Assembly (NCBI GenBank): GCA_963693365.1
Contig: CAVNZM010000014.1
Coordinates: 5,208,001-5,272,000, forward strand
DNA from: Amoebidium appalachense
Lineage: Eukaryota; Protista; Ichthyosporea
Length of the DNA stretch: 64,000 nucleotides
Direction of reading: 5' to 3'
The number at the start of each line of letters is the position of its first letter. Position 1 is the first letter of the stretch. The position numbers and the translations under genes were made by a program. Below, piece after piece: positions 18,900 through 31,600 of this stretch. Below the pieces are notes generated by a model. The model was given only the letters and a program-made list of their open reading frames with translations. It ran no database searches and had not been told where the DNA came from.

Positions 18900-20361
18900 C
18901 TATGCCGTTGCACTTGACCCGGCCCGCTTTTCCTTTTCCGTACTCTTCCTTTCCAGTGTAGGTGCCTGGCACACCTTCTTATGCGCCTTCCAGTGGTTTC
19001 TCTGGCAATCAATACCACAGTAATACTCCTTTCGGCACACTGAACATTTCTTCAATCCCCGTTCTAAATTGAAAAGTTGGCGACAGTTCGAGCAGGGACC
19101 CATGGTAGAAGCTTTGCTACTGCCGAGCTGCTTCACGTTGTCGCTTGGCTCGACTGGTTTGTACATTAACGTGTGATCCGTTTTTGGAGCAACGTTAATT
19201 ATGCAGTTTCCTATGACGCGTCCGCCCTTTCCCGTCGTCGTCTGTCGCGTCAAAGTCACACTCCACTTACACTTTGTTTTCTGCTCCGGTGTGAGGCTCT
19301 CGTAAAACACCAGCACTTTAACTTCCCGTGCGAACGTATCCCTCTTGTAAAGACCAAGCAGGCTGTCGATGCACATTATCTCCATCTCAACTTTTCCAAG
19401 CGACTTGTACATCTCCCGTGCTTCCATGAAAAGAGTTTCAGCCCTTTTATCGAGCCGTAGCCTCTTTTGCTGCACGCCATAATTATACACAACCCTTGCC
19501 CTTGTTTCTGGGTCTCTCACGTTTTTCACAATCACCTTCCATGCTCTCTCCGTTTCGACGTCGTCACCCAACGTTGTTGCTACATCCCCCCACGCAGGCA
19601 GGAGCTTGTCCAAGAGCGCATCATCTGGCTCCTTCAGAGCAGCATATTTGGCGACCCGGTTTGTCACTGCACCAGTCTTGTCTGCGTAAGCCGTGAAAAA
19701 AATTCTCGACCGTGCGGCAATAAACCACTGCTTGCTGCTTGATATTCGGGTGCAAATGGAATATCAGCGCCTTGCAGGCTAAACGCATCACACGCCAATC
19801 ACCCAATTTCTCAGCCGCGTTCATGCCCTTAATGAGCAGCACTACCAAATCTTCCCTCAACCTTCCACTTGTTCTCGCAAGGGTAGTATCGTAGACGTCA
19901 AAAAGCATAGGTACTCCTAGTTGGTTCACGGTTCGGTCGTCGACGTCGACCAGAAACACGAGCAGTGATAGGTCGGCGGAAACAAGGCACACCTCCCGAC
20001 ACGATTCTATGCCGTGAGGGACCTCGATGTCGCTGTCTCTTTGCCTTTTGGCTTCAAACACTTCACCGGCAATTGCGTTCGCGGCCACACCGTAAAACAG
20101 AAGTGCTGGTTTCTGCGAACTAGCACATGTTTTTTCTATTTCTCTGGTATTCCGAGCGTGTTCTTCTGGGGTCGCAGGTTCCATCAGCGTCTTTATTGTT
20201 ACACTATTGCCGAGTCTTTGTCTCTCTTTTCTTTCTCTGCTTTGGAATGTTTCACCGTACTGCATCCCAACAAAGGGGTAGTTATCAAACGTGTTGAAAT
20301 GCTTTGCCCATCCCAGAAACTCGTGAGTAAGAAACGAGTACATGGGGTATATTGCTGCCAT
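18900..20361 (-). CDS. Intronless protein with C-terminal MYND zinc finger, split by a 1-bp frameshift
   Basis: C-terminus CSNC...KKCSVCRKEYYCGIDCQRNHWKAHKKVC. ORFs 20361-19621 and 19667-18900 fuse if the A7 run at 19696-19702 were A6. Confidence 0.75.
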
Positions 20362-20580
20362 TTTTCTGGGATTGATGTTGTATTTTTCTTGTAAACTGAG
20401 CTTGAGATGGCAGTGCACGAAAAATATGCCAGTAATATCTTGTACCCGGACGCCAACTGTGATCAGGCTGACCGTCACATGATAGGCGTACGCATAGCAA
20501 CGCAAGCCTGTGCCCACTGATAAGAACATGCTAGCGGCCCCGCGTCTTATTGGAGGAAAAAAATATCCTCCTCGATCGCC

Positions 20581-20624
<44 letters not shown>

Positions 20625-20827
20625 TCCTAGGTCCCAGGCTCCCTCTCCCTCGGTCTCCCCATCCTCCCCCCCTGGGTGGAAATATATAGTGTACACATGT
20701 GGTGATAGCCGCGGAGTGCTAGTCGTGCCATACTATGATATTATTTTTACCGGCTCCCTGGCTTTTTTTTTTTTTTTTTTTTTTTTTTTTTGAAATGGGG
20801 TAGTTAAGTGTTTTTTTTTTTTTTTTT

Positions 20828-20858
<31 letters not shown>

Positions 20859-21007
20859 GGACACACCTCCCCCGTGAAGGGGTAGTAGGCCCCCTTCCCC
20901 CTCCCCCAGGGAGGGTCAATCCACCACCCCCCGGCTGGCTGGGGGAGGGGAGGTGGGGGGGCTGGGGGGGGGGGGGACCACCACCCCCCCCGCGTAGGCT
21001 CGCCGGA

Positions 21008-21055
<48 letters not shown>

Positions 21056-21297
21056 GAAGGGGGGACCCACGTGTATGTAGTACACCACCACCATGAGGGG
21101 GACCCACCCAAAAATGACTAGTGCTGTTAGTCTGTTTAAGTCAAAAACTTATTCAAAACACGATGGCATTGACACCTTCTCCATATCCACTAATTGGTAT
21201 CGATAGATTCAGGCCCTGGGACAGTACTATGTCATTTAGTCGCCTCCTTACTAGCTAATAGTAAGTAGTATTAGTAGAACCCCCCAGCCCCCCCCCC

Positions 21298-21333
<36 letters not shown>

Positions 21334-21599
21334 CCGCGTTAGGCAGACTCTTATAAGCCCACACTCTCAACTAGACAACAAAAACACTTTCACAAATTCT
21401 GCCCACATCACGCCCCCCACCCCCCCAACCCCACTCTCTCCCTTGATACATACAAGCAATCGCCATATAAGGGAATACCGAAAAAATGCCGACAAAGCCA
21501 ATAATTTGTGCAAGACTTTTGATTATGCCTTAACGCCCCCTTAATAGCTCCCAAAACTCGTTTGATCAAACATTACCTACCTAGAATTTTTGTTATAGG

Positions 21600-21632
<33 letters not shown>

Positions 21633-21679
21633 GGCACAGACGCACACACGCCGTGACACACGCACACGCACGCCCGCCC

Positions 21680-23533
21680 GCACGACACCAAGAAGAACCT
21701 GGCCGACATCTTCACCAAGCCTCTGGCTGGTCCGGCCCACGAGACACACCGTGCCAACCTCAGTCTCCGTGACTGAACCGTGCACTGGTGTTCATCATCG
21801 AGTGGTTTTTGAGTAGGTTGGGGCCCTGGACAGCAGTTGACACACCTACGGTGATCAAGATGCCTCCCAATGAAAGTCTACTACTCCTCATCGTTTCTCT
21901 TCATCAGTGGAGACTCTGTCTTCCATCGTCAAGTGTGTGCATCTTCAGTGGGGATTATTCTCCACCATCCGTCGTTTATTTATATTCATATCCCACCATA
22001 TATATTGGGTTTCTCCTAAACTTCCGCTAAACTTCCGAAACCACAGACGCTGACAGGTAGCGAAAACTATGTCAGATTCCGGAGATTGTTCGCCGATTAT
22101 TTCAAAGCACGGGGCCTCGCAGATTGCTTGACAAGTCGACCTCCTGCTTATGTTTACTCCGAGTCCGGCTCTGCACACGCCCGTGGGAGCCCAGGGATCG
22201 GAACCGTTAGGACCAGGCTTGATTTCTCTTCTACTACCACCCCGGTACAGCGCCCGACTACGGCCAGTGGGCGTATACGTAGCCAGGGTCGTAGCAACAC
22301 TACCGCACCCGACGGCAACGAGCAAGGCATCGCCGCTGATGAACAGCTGGACGAGAATGCAGAGGTGGAAACCGACGGCGTTTCTTTGTCCGCGCAGGCA
22401 GACGAATGCCAGCGCCAGGCGCAGGCGCGCTATCTCCTCCTTACGAACATGAGCAAGGAAATCCAGGACTCGGTGCAGGACCTGGAAACCGCGTTTGACA
22501 TATGGCACGGTGACCTCGAGAGCACCTACGGGCACGTGAGTGAGCAAGTACAGGCAGCAATGCTCTCCGGGTGGTACGACCTTGCCAACACAATTGACCG
22601 GAAAATCACAATTACGGCTCTGTTTGGCACGGTGCGGGCTTTGGCTTCCTGCCTGGCTGATACCGGTGTTCCTCAGCCCCCTCACCTCATCCGTTTGAAG
22701 GTGCTTGAATGCTTACCGCCGCAATTTGCCAAGCTCAATACATCATTGTTTGTGGTGCGCAACACTATGCCTGGACGTGGGATGGGGCCGCCTCCTGCCA
22801 CATGTCTTCCTTCAAGGGGGATTTTGTGTCGCTGACCCCCATGGTTCCACCTGCCCGCGTGCGCGTTGGTGGCGGTGTGATTGAGGCTACGGCTAGTGGT
22901 ATTGTCCGTGTGGATGCCTGGCACAACGGCAAACAACACAGGCTGCTTCTACAGATTTGGTATGTGCCGAAATTGGGCGCCCATTTGTCTTCTGCCCCAA
23001 TGGCCGCTCGCAGCAAAAAGGGTGAACACCAGTCTCGGGTGGGAAAGGATGCGGTGACTGTTTATTCCCCAGCCGGTGAAGTCTTCTTCCAGTGCCCCAT
23101 TGACCCGGGCATTAACATTTACCTCTGCCCGTTTTCCGCCCCAGGAGCACCCCCACCCACCACCGTGTCGGCCTTAACCGCGCGCCACACGGTCACCCCA
23201 GCACCAGCTATTGCCCCGGTCCTCTCCCCTTCCCCTGTTGCCCTCCCTGCACCCGCTGCTATGCAGGAGGAGGAGAAGGAGGACACTGTGCCTGCCGATT
23301 TTTGCAGCGATAATGAGGACAGTGGGTATGAAACAGACACCACGATGGTTATTAGTGGCCCCGCTCGCACCACCACCGCCACCTCCGCGGAGCCACCCAC
23401 AGCAGAAAGTGGTGCCCCAACATCACAGGCCCCTTCGGCAGTGCCCACACAGCACCCATGGTCATCCCACAAGAATGCTGGGGCAGCCACCTACGAGGTG
23501 TGGCACCGCCATTTAGGCCACATCAATTTATAA
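21680..23533 (+). mobile_element. Ty1/Copia LTR retrotransposon remnant (RNase H end, LTR-like spacer, gag, protease, pre-integrase)
   Basis: NLADIFTKPL (RNase H C-terminus) stopping at 21776. Gag-like LKVLECLPPQF, protease WTWDGAASCHMS and WYVPKL, GAG-pre-integrase WHRHLGHIN. PBS-like GGTAGCG near 22056. Frameshift or deletion between gag and protease; truncated at about 23530. Confidence 0.85.
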
Positions 23534-24528
23534 AATATTAGCCACCAACACGTCACACATACACTAGTGTTTTCTTCTATATATATATCGTCGTTGGCTA
23601 CCGTCATGTTCCGAGTCTTCCGAGGCAACCGTCGTTGTGTGCCTCTTCCGTTTTGGTTTTCTTCCCCGGCTTGCCACTTCAAGTCTTCTCCATTTGTCTT
23701 CTCGAGTGGGGAAACTTGACTGTGACGTCACGACACCTGCTTCTACAAGTGTGAGAGTATTGACATCAACAGTCACATCAACAAACTTCACGAGAACCCA
23801 ACTTCCAACCCTTGAGTGGGGATGTCATCTACCCATGATTAACGGCAAGACTTAGAAGTTGAGTTTTATGCATGTTTATTAGTTTGTTGTTGTTCGTTTC
23901 CTTTTCCCTTTTCCTTTCTTTCTTTCCTTTCTGTTTCCGTGTGCACAGATATACACCCAAGCAAACGGTAACATCAACATCCCACCCAAATACGAGAGGG
24001 TGTATTTCAAAGTCAAGCACGGCAGACGCCCACACAGGGCCATGTGGTCCATCTTCAAGGCTCTCGGCTTCCGGTGCTCTCGCATCCTTTGTCTGTCCTT
24101 CATTGGATACGATGTGCTGGAAGTAGCAGTACGGGGCGACTATAACCGTGCGTTCATCCGTGACGCGACAAAGGGGTGTGGAAGCTTCTTCACCCACCTC
24201 CCAAGCTACGACCCATGCGCGCCGGAAAACATTCAGAAAGCAGACAAAGAACGTAAAGTGTCTGCTAAGAATGCGTGCGCCACACGTTGTCGTGTACGCA
24301 TCAGCAAGGCAAAAGAGTTCCTCGCAAAGTTGGAAAACGATGCTACGAGCGTGATAGACACGGACACGAAGGAACCAATGTTTTCTGGTGAGAAACTGCT
24401 CGAGCGCAAACGCCGATGCGAGATGGAAATCGAGCTCTTCTGCGAACTGTTCGCGCTGGCGGAAGGTCGTGCATACGACCCCGTAAGCGACAAGTGGGAA
24501 CCAACCCCACAGGTGTCGGACCAAACCG

Positions 24529-27372
24529 ATGCCTAATTTATCCTTCTTCTTCTGGAATGCTCGGACACTGGGCCCCCAAAAGGGCCTCCCCCCCGGGACA
24601 CTCGACGATAAAATCAGCTACATACAACAACAGACAAACAACCACACGTTTACAGTGATTTGCGAAACACAGTTTAAAAACCACCACAAATTCAACTCTA
24701 CATTGGTCGACACATCCACACACCCCGGTTACGCGAAAAACCGAGGCATTATTGTACTTGCCGCACCACACGTGAGAGTGAAGTGCAAACCGGTAGCAAA
24801 AACGGAATTCTCGGTTTCTATAGAGTTTCTTTCTAATGTTTTTACTTTTGTATATTACCCACCATCTATGTCGGTTGTCGAATTGACTCACGAGTTGTCA
24901 CAGTTACCAATGTCCACTGTTATTTTAGGTGATTTTAACACGCGACTCCACCACACAGACACACTGCAAGTGAGTGTCGGGTACCCATCTAAGCCCCCGG
25001 AGCGTGCTATCCCTTTAGCAAGGTATGTCCAAAGTCACACTTTGCGGTTCCCTCAAATATCCCATGCCCACAACACCGACTGGGGAGTGGCCTTTTGGCC
25101 ATCAACCATGTCAAAACTCTCTCTCCCTCCTAACCTCTCTAGGTCATCTGACCACTCTCCTATCCTTTTCCTACCTAAGATCTCCCTTGATCTGCTCCCC
25201 CCTCCCCCTCCCACCTTTCGCCTCCGTCTATCCCAGCTTAAGTCACAGTGGGGTAGAGTTGATGTATGTGTATGCTATGCTACGAAACACCCTATATATA
25301 TGCGCCTATTAGAATCTGCACAAGCCAGGCCAGATTCACATCTCGTACTAGATACATGCACTAACTTTATTGTTGATGATTTGATAGATCTCGGTGATTA
25401 TGCTGGCGGTGGTAGGAAGGAATATCCCGATGCTCTCTTGTTACCAAACACCACTCCCGCTAGACTAGGTGAACCCCTGTCTCAAAAGGAAAGCTTGCGC
25501 CGGCTTGCTAGTATGAATCGATTTGGCCCCCCTGCTCGTATTATTGGTGATACCACTGGAGACCCCCTCATAGACTCTGATAAGTATTTCTCGGAACTGT
25601 TTAAAGATAGGACCCCCGCTCAGAAACCTATTGTGTGGCCTGTAGACCCATCTATCCCCATAGAATCGATCCTCCCCTTTTTCAGTCCCGATGCCATATG
25701 GTCTGTGATATCTAGTTATAGCTCTAGTAAGTCTTGTGGACCTGATGGACTCCCTGCTGGGTTTCTTAAAATCCTTGTTCCCTCCTACCCACAAAAGGAA
25801 AGTGATCGTGCTATTAAACCTGATCTTACTATCATGTTAAGCTCTCTCTTTTCTTGGTGTGTTAAATGTGGACATGTCCCGTCATCTTGGTTAGATACCT
25901 TAGTGATCCCCATAGTTAAGAAGGACTCTGAGGGCCCCATATCATCCTTTCGCCCCATTACACTAACCCAGGTTGTTCGTAGATTCTTTGAAGCTTGCTT
26001 ACTTAGGTTATTTGCACATCACCCTAGGTTTCAATCTATTCTTCACATACACCCATGCCAATCCGCTTTTCGTAAAAACAATTCATGTTATGTTCAAATA
26101 ATGGCACTGCACGATTCTATGCAAGTTGGTGCACAATATGTTGGCTTTATTGATTGGAAAACTGCTTACGATTCTGTCTCCCCTGGTCTCCTATGGGAAA
26201 AGCTTGCTGCACGGGGTGTACCACACTGCATTGGTGTTCTGTTAGAAGCACTCTTGTCTCAAACCTATGGTAGAGCTGTGGTTAATGGGCATCTTTCATA
26301 TGGTTTTGCTCGTACTAGAGGTCTCTTGCAGGGCTCATTGCTTAGCCCCTTTTTGTTTAACCTATTTATAGATGATTTGGCTGTCAAGATTTACGCCGAA
26401 AACGATGACCCTATTAATAACTTTCCGCCTGCACTTCTCTATGCTGATGATCTGTCCCTCCTTGCCCGTACCCCTAGACGCCTGCAAAGATTGTTCGATG
26501 TAGTGTCAGAGTGGTGCAAGGCAAACCTTATGATCCTTAACATAGACAAATGTGGTGTTCTTGTACCTGATATAGCTAACAATTTACACACATTTACATT
26601 ATCATCTAAACCTGTACCTATAGTTCCAGAATACAAATATCTTGGTGTTCCGGTTGATTCTGTTGGTGTTATGTTTCCCCATATGGTCGAAAAGAGGGTA
26701 GAGTTGGCTCGTAAGCGGTTAGCTTTCTTCTCGGCTAATATTTTTAAAGACACACCCCTCCATCCTTCTATTAGACTTACATTTATTCGCACTTTTGTCT
26801 TCCCGGCATGTGAATATGGTTTACCCCTTCTCGCCGCTTGGATCAAGAAAGAGAGAACTAGAGCGCTTAAACCCTTGGCAAATTTCCTTGAAGCAGAAGT
26901 TGCCTCCTTTCTATCTAACAACTGTTGTAAACCTGGGCCTGTAACGCTCTCGATATATGGTCTGGTCCCAATAGCTGCTAGAGTATCCTATCTCGCGCTG
27001 AAATTCAATAAGCACATAAGCCGCTTAAAGAAGTATTTGCCCTCCCACCCTCTCTTCTCTATCCGACCTGTCCCCTCCTCACCTCTCCCCTCTTTCCTCC
27101 CCTCTCTCTCCCCTTCTCCCCTGGGCACAAATACAAATAAACCCCGCAATAGTGTGTGTGTGACTTTGGACTGCCACTTACTTATTAAACATGTACACAA
27201 TCACAAGATAATCACGCAATATAACAAATGGAAAAAGATACCAAACGACACTAGACCCGATGAAAGCATACACCTTGAAAAACTAAGCCTTATGTCTCGT
27301 TATATATATACGTCGCACACATCGATTCAGTCGCACACATCGATTCAAATGTCGCTCTTTATTATCTGCTAA
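24529..27372 (+). pseudogene. Outer LINE ORF2 (APE endonuclease + RT), C-terminus displaced to 32193-32616
   Basis: Protein identical to 28630-31824 except one N/H change until it is cut at SLMSR. The remainder (FIYTDRL...HITTKL) lies after the inner element. Confidence 0.9.
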
Positions 27373-27452
27373 TAAATAGTATCCTTCGCGCATCCACCCC
27401 TAAACCAGGCCATCCGTGGCCCTAAGGGCCGGGGAACACCCCCATCCATGTC

Positions 27453-28637
27453 ATGGCACATGCCTATAATCGTTTCAGAACCTCTTTCAAAGTTCCATCT
27501 ACACCCATCACACATGTGCGACCATTAAAACGTCCAGCAGATACACCTACCACAGATGCACAACCAGAAAAACATCGCCTTAGACTAAGCGCAACACCTA
27601 TTTACAATACACTACCCATTCAGAATAACACCACACCACTCCGTAGAAACACAATAACAACCATGCCGAAACTTTCGGTTGATACAGTACTGGCAGAACT
27701 TGCCCTCGTTAAGAAACAGCTAAATGAGCTGTTACCACTCAAGAACATGATAGAAAAACTCCAAACAGAAAATACCCAACTCAAGCTCACCATTGATTCA
27801 CTCACAGCCCAGCTAAACATTAGTGGATCGCAAAACCCCAAAACTCATGAGCAAACATCTCGCGACGGAGACATTTCCACCCCAACACAAAACAACACAG
27901 GACCGGAAGCACAGCTCCCGGCAGAGTTCCTAGAATATGCGAACTCTCGTAAAACACCCGAGCTCCGCCAAATTGCCAAGGAAACATATGCCAGCATTCT
28001 TGCAGGCAACGAGTACCGCCGCAACTCCCCTCCCAAACCGCCGGCTAAGGGGAACACCCAAGCAAACGGTAACATCAACATCCCACCCAAATACGAGAGG
28101 GTGTATTTCAAAGTCAAGCACGGCAGACGCCCACACAGGGCCATGTGGTCCATCTTCAAGGCTCTCGGCTTCCGGTGCTCTCGCATCCTTTGTCTGTCCT
28201 TCATTGGATACGATGTGCTGGAAGTAGCAGTACGGGGCGACTATAACCGTGCGTTCATCCGTGACGCGACAAAGGGGTGTGGAAGCTTCTTCACCCACCT
28301 CCCAAGCTACGACCCATGCGCGCCGGAAAACATTCAGAAAGCAGACAAAGAACGTAAAGTGTCTGCTAAGAATGCGTGCGCCACACGTTGTCGTGTACGC
28401 ATCAGCAAGGCAAAAGAGTTCCTCGCAAAGTTGGAAAACGATGCTACGAGCGTGATAGACACGGACACGAAGGAACCAATGTTTTCTGGTGAGAAACTGC
28501 TCGAGCGCAAACGCCGATGCGAGATGGAAATCGAGCTCTTCTGCGAACTGTTCGCGCTGGCGGAAGGTCGTGCATACGACCCCGTAAGCGACAAGTGGGA
28601 ACCAACCCCACAGGTGTCGGACCAAACCGATGCCTAA
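27453..28637 (+). CDS. LINE ORF1 protein (coiled coil plus conserved C-terminal alpha/beta domain)
   Basis: 394-aa ORF upstream of ORF2. Heptad-like region LAELALVKKQLNELL...LKLTIDSLTAQL; C-terminal domain RVYF...ALGF...RILCLSFIG..VLEV...YDP. Confidence 0.85.
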   Translation: MAHAYNRFRTSFKVPSTPITHVRPLKRPADTPTTDAQPEKHRLRLSATPIYNTLPIQNNTTPLRRNTITTMPKLSVDTVLAELALVKKQLNELLPLKNMIEKLQTENTQLKLTIDSLTAQLNISGSQNPKTHEQTSRDGDISTPTQNNTGPEAQLPAEFLEYANSRKTPELRQIAKETYASILAGNEYRRNSPPKPPAKGNTQANGNINIPPKYERVYFKVKHGRRPHRAMWSIFKALGFRCSRILCLSFIGYDVLEVAVRGDYNRAFIRDATKGCGSFFTHLPSYDPCAPENIQKADKERKVSAKNACATRCRVRISKAKEFLAKLENDATSVIDTDTKEPMFSGEKLLERKRRCEMEIELFCELFALAEGRAYDPVSDKWEPTPQVSDQTDA

Positions 28638-31600
28638 TTTATCCTTCTTCTTCTGGAATGCTCGGACACTGGGCCCCCAAAAGGGCCTCCCCCCCGGGAC
28701 ACTCGACGATAAAATCAGCTACATACAACAACAGACAAACAACCACACGTTTACAGTGATTTGCGAAACACAGTTTAAAAACCACCACAAATTCAACTCT
28801 ACATTGGTCGACACATCCACACACCCCGGTTACGCGAAAAACCGAGGCATTATTGTACTTGCCGCACCACACGTGAGAGTGAAGTGCAAACCGGTAGCAA
28901 AAACGGAATTCTCGGTTTCTATAGAGTTTCTTTCTAATGTTTTTACTTTTGTATATTACCCACCATCTATGTCGGTTGTCGAATTGACTCACGAGTTGTC
29001 ACAGTTACCAATGTCCACTGTTATTTTAGGTGATTTTAACACGCGACTCCACCACACAGACACACTGCAAGTGAGTGTCGGGTACCCATCTAAGCCCCCG
29101 GAGCGTGCTATCCCTTTAGCAAGGTATGTCCAAAGTCACACTTTGCGGTTCCCTCAAATATCCCATGCCCACAACACCGACTGGGGAGTGGCCTTTTGGC
29201 CATCAACCATGTCAAAACTCTCTCTCCCTCCTAACCTCTCTAGGTCATCTGACCACTCTCCTATCCTTTTCCTACCTAAGATCTCCCTTGATCTGCTCCC
29301 CCCTCCCCCTCCCACCTTTCGCCTCCGTCTATCCCAGCTTAAGTCACAGTGGGGTAGAGTTGATGTATGTGTATGCTATGCTACGAAACACCCTATATAT
29401 ATGCGCCTATTAGAATCTGCACAAGCCAGGCCAGATTCACATCTCGTACTAGATACATGCACTAACTTTATTGTTGATGATTTGATAGATCTCGGTGATT
29501 ATGCTGGCGGTGGTAGGAAGGAATATCCCGATGCTCTCTTGTTACCAAACACCACTCCCGCTAGACTAGGTGAACCCCTGTCTCAAAAGGAAAGCTTGCG
29601 CCGGCTTGCTAGTATGAATCGATTTGGCCCCCCTGCTCGTATTATTGGTGATACCACTGGAGACCCCCTCATAGACTCTGATAAGTATTTCTCGGAACTG
29701 TTTAAAGATAGGACCCCCGCTCAGAAACCTATTGTGTGGCCTGTAGACCCATCTATCCCCATAGAATCGATCCTCCCCTTTTTCAGTCCCGATGCCATAT
29801 GGTCTGTGATATCTAGTTATAGCTCTAGTAAGTCTTGTGGACCTGATGGACTCCCTGCTGGGTTTCTTAAAATCCTTGTTCCCTCCTACCCACAAAAGGA
29901 AAGTGATCGTGCTATTAAACCTGATCTTACTATCATGTTAAGCTCTCTCTTTTCTTGGTGTGTTAAATGTGGACATGTCCCGTCATCTTGGTTAGATACC
30001 TTAGTGATCCCCATAGTTAAGAAGGACTCTGAGGGCCCCATATCATCCTTTCGCCCCATTACACTAACCCAGGTTGTTCGTAGATTCTTTGAAGCTTGCT
30101 TACTTAGGTTATTTGCACATCACCCTAGGTTTCAATCTATTCTTCACATACACCCATGCCAATCCGCTTTTCGTAAAAACAATTCATGTTATGTTCAAAT
30201 AATGGCACTGCACGATTCTATGCAAGTTGGTGCACAATATGTTGGCTTTATTGATTGGAAAACTGCTTACGATTCTGTCTCCCCTGGTCTCCTATGGGAA
30301 AAGCTTGCTGCACGGGGTGTACCACACTGCATTGGTGTTCTGTTAGAAGCACTCTTGTCTCAAACCTATGGTAGAGCTGTGGTTAATGGGCATCTTTCAT
30401 ATGGTTTTGCTCGTACTAGAGGTCTCTTGCAGGGTTCATTGCTTAGCCCCTTTTTGTTTAACCTATTTATAGATGATTTGGCTGTCAAGATTTACGCCGA
30501 AAACGATGACCCTATTAATAACTTTCCGCCTGCACTTCTCTATGCTGATGATCTGTCCCTCCTTGCCCGTACCCCTAGACGCCTGCAAAGATTGTTCGAT
30601 GTAGTGTCAGAGTGGTGCAAGGCAAACCTTATGATCCTTAACATAGACAAATGTGGTGTTCTTGTACCTGATATAGCTAACAATTTACACACATTTACAT
30701 TATCATCTAAACCTGTACCTATAGTTCCAGAATACAAATATCTTGGTGTTCCGGTTGATTCTGTTGGTGTTATGTTTCCCCATATGGTCGAAAAGAGGGT
30801 AGAGTTGGCTCGTAAGCGGTTAGCTTTCTTCTCGGCTAATATTTTTAAAGACACACCCCTCCATCCTTCTATTAGACTTACATTTATTCGCACTTTTGTC
30901 TTCCCGGCATGTGAATATGGTTTACCCCTTCTCGCCGCTTGGATCAAGAAAGAGAGAACTAGAGCGCTTAAACCCTTGGCAAATTTCCTTGAAGCAGAAG
31001 TTGCCTCCTTTCTATCTAACAACTGTTGTAAACCTGGGCCTGTAACGCTCTCGATATATGGTCTGGTCCCAATAGCTGCTAGAGTATCCTATCTCGCGCT
31101 GAAATTCAATAAGCACATAAGCCGCTTAAAGAAGTATTTGCCCTCCCACCCTCTCTTCTCTATCCGACCTGTCCCCTCCTCACCTCTCCCCTCTTTCCTC
31201 CCCTCTCTCTCCCCTTCTCCCCTGGGCACAAATACAAATAAACCCCGCAATAGTGTGTGTGTGACTTTGGACTGCCACTTACTTATTAAACATGTACACA
31301 ATCACAAGATAATCACGCAATATAACAAATGGAAAAAGATACCACACGACACTAGACCCGATGAAAGCATACACCTTGAAAAACTAAGCCTTATGTCTCG
31401 TTTTATATATACTGACCGCCTCAACCATATTGCCAAATATGGCACTCGCAAGTGTATAACACCTAAATACATATTACCTTCCTGTAGAACTGGTCTTTCT
31501 CTAGCTGATGGTATTATTGATCAATTACCACGCTTTTACTGTACACGTGCTATACAGTGGAGATCTAATAAGTATAAGGTGGCATCATTTGCATGCCCAA

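Noticed and set aside
19690-19710. T-TTT-TTT slippery site as a programmed -1 frameshift in the MYND gene
   Set aside because: The -1 frame stops within about 10 codons and the MYND frame is +1. A homopolymer indel is simpler.
27930-31301. Antisense ORFs within the LINE (for example 231 aa at 27930-28625)
   Set aside because: They are shadow frames of ORF1 and ORF2 with no motifs, and they repeat only because the element is duplicated.
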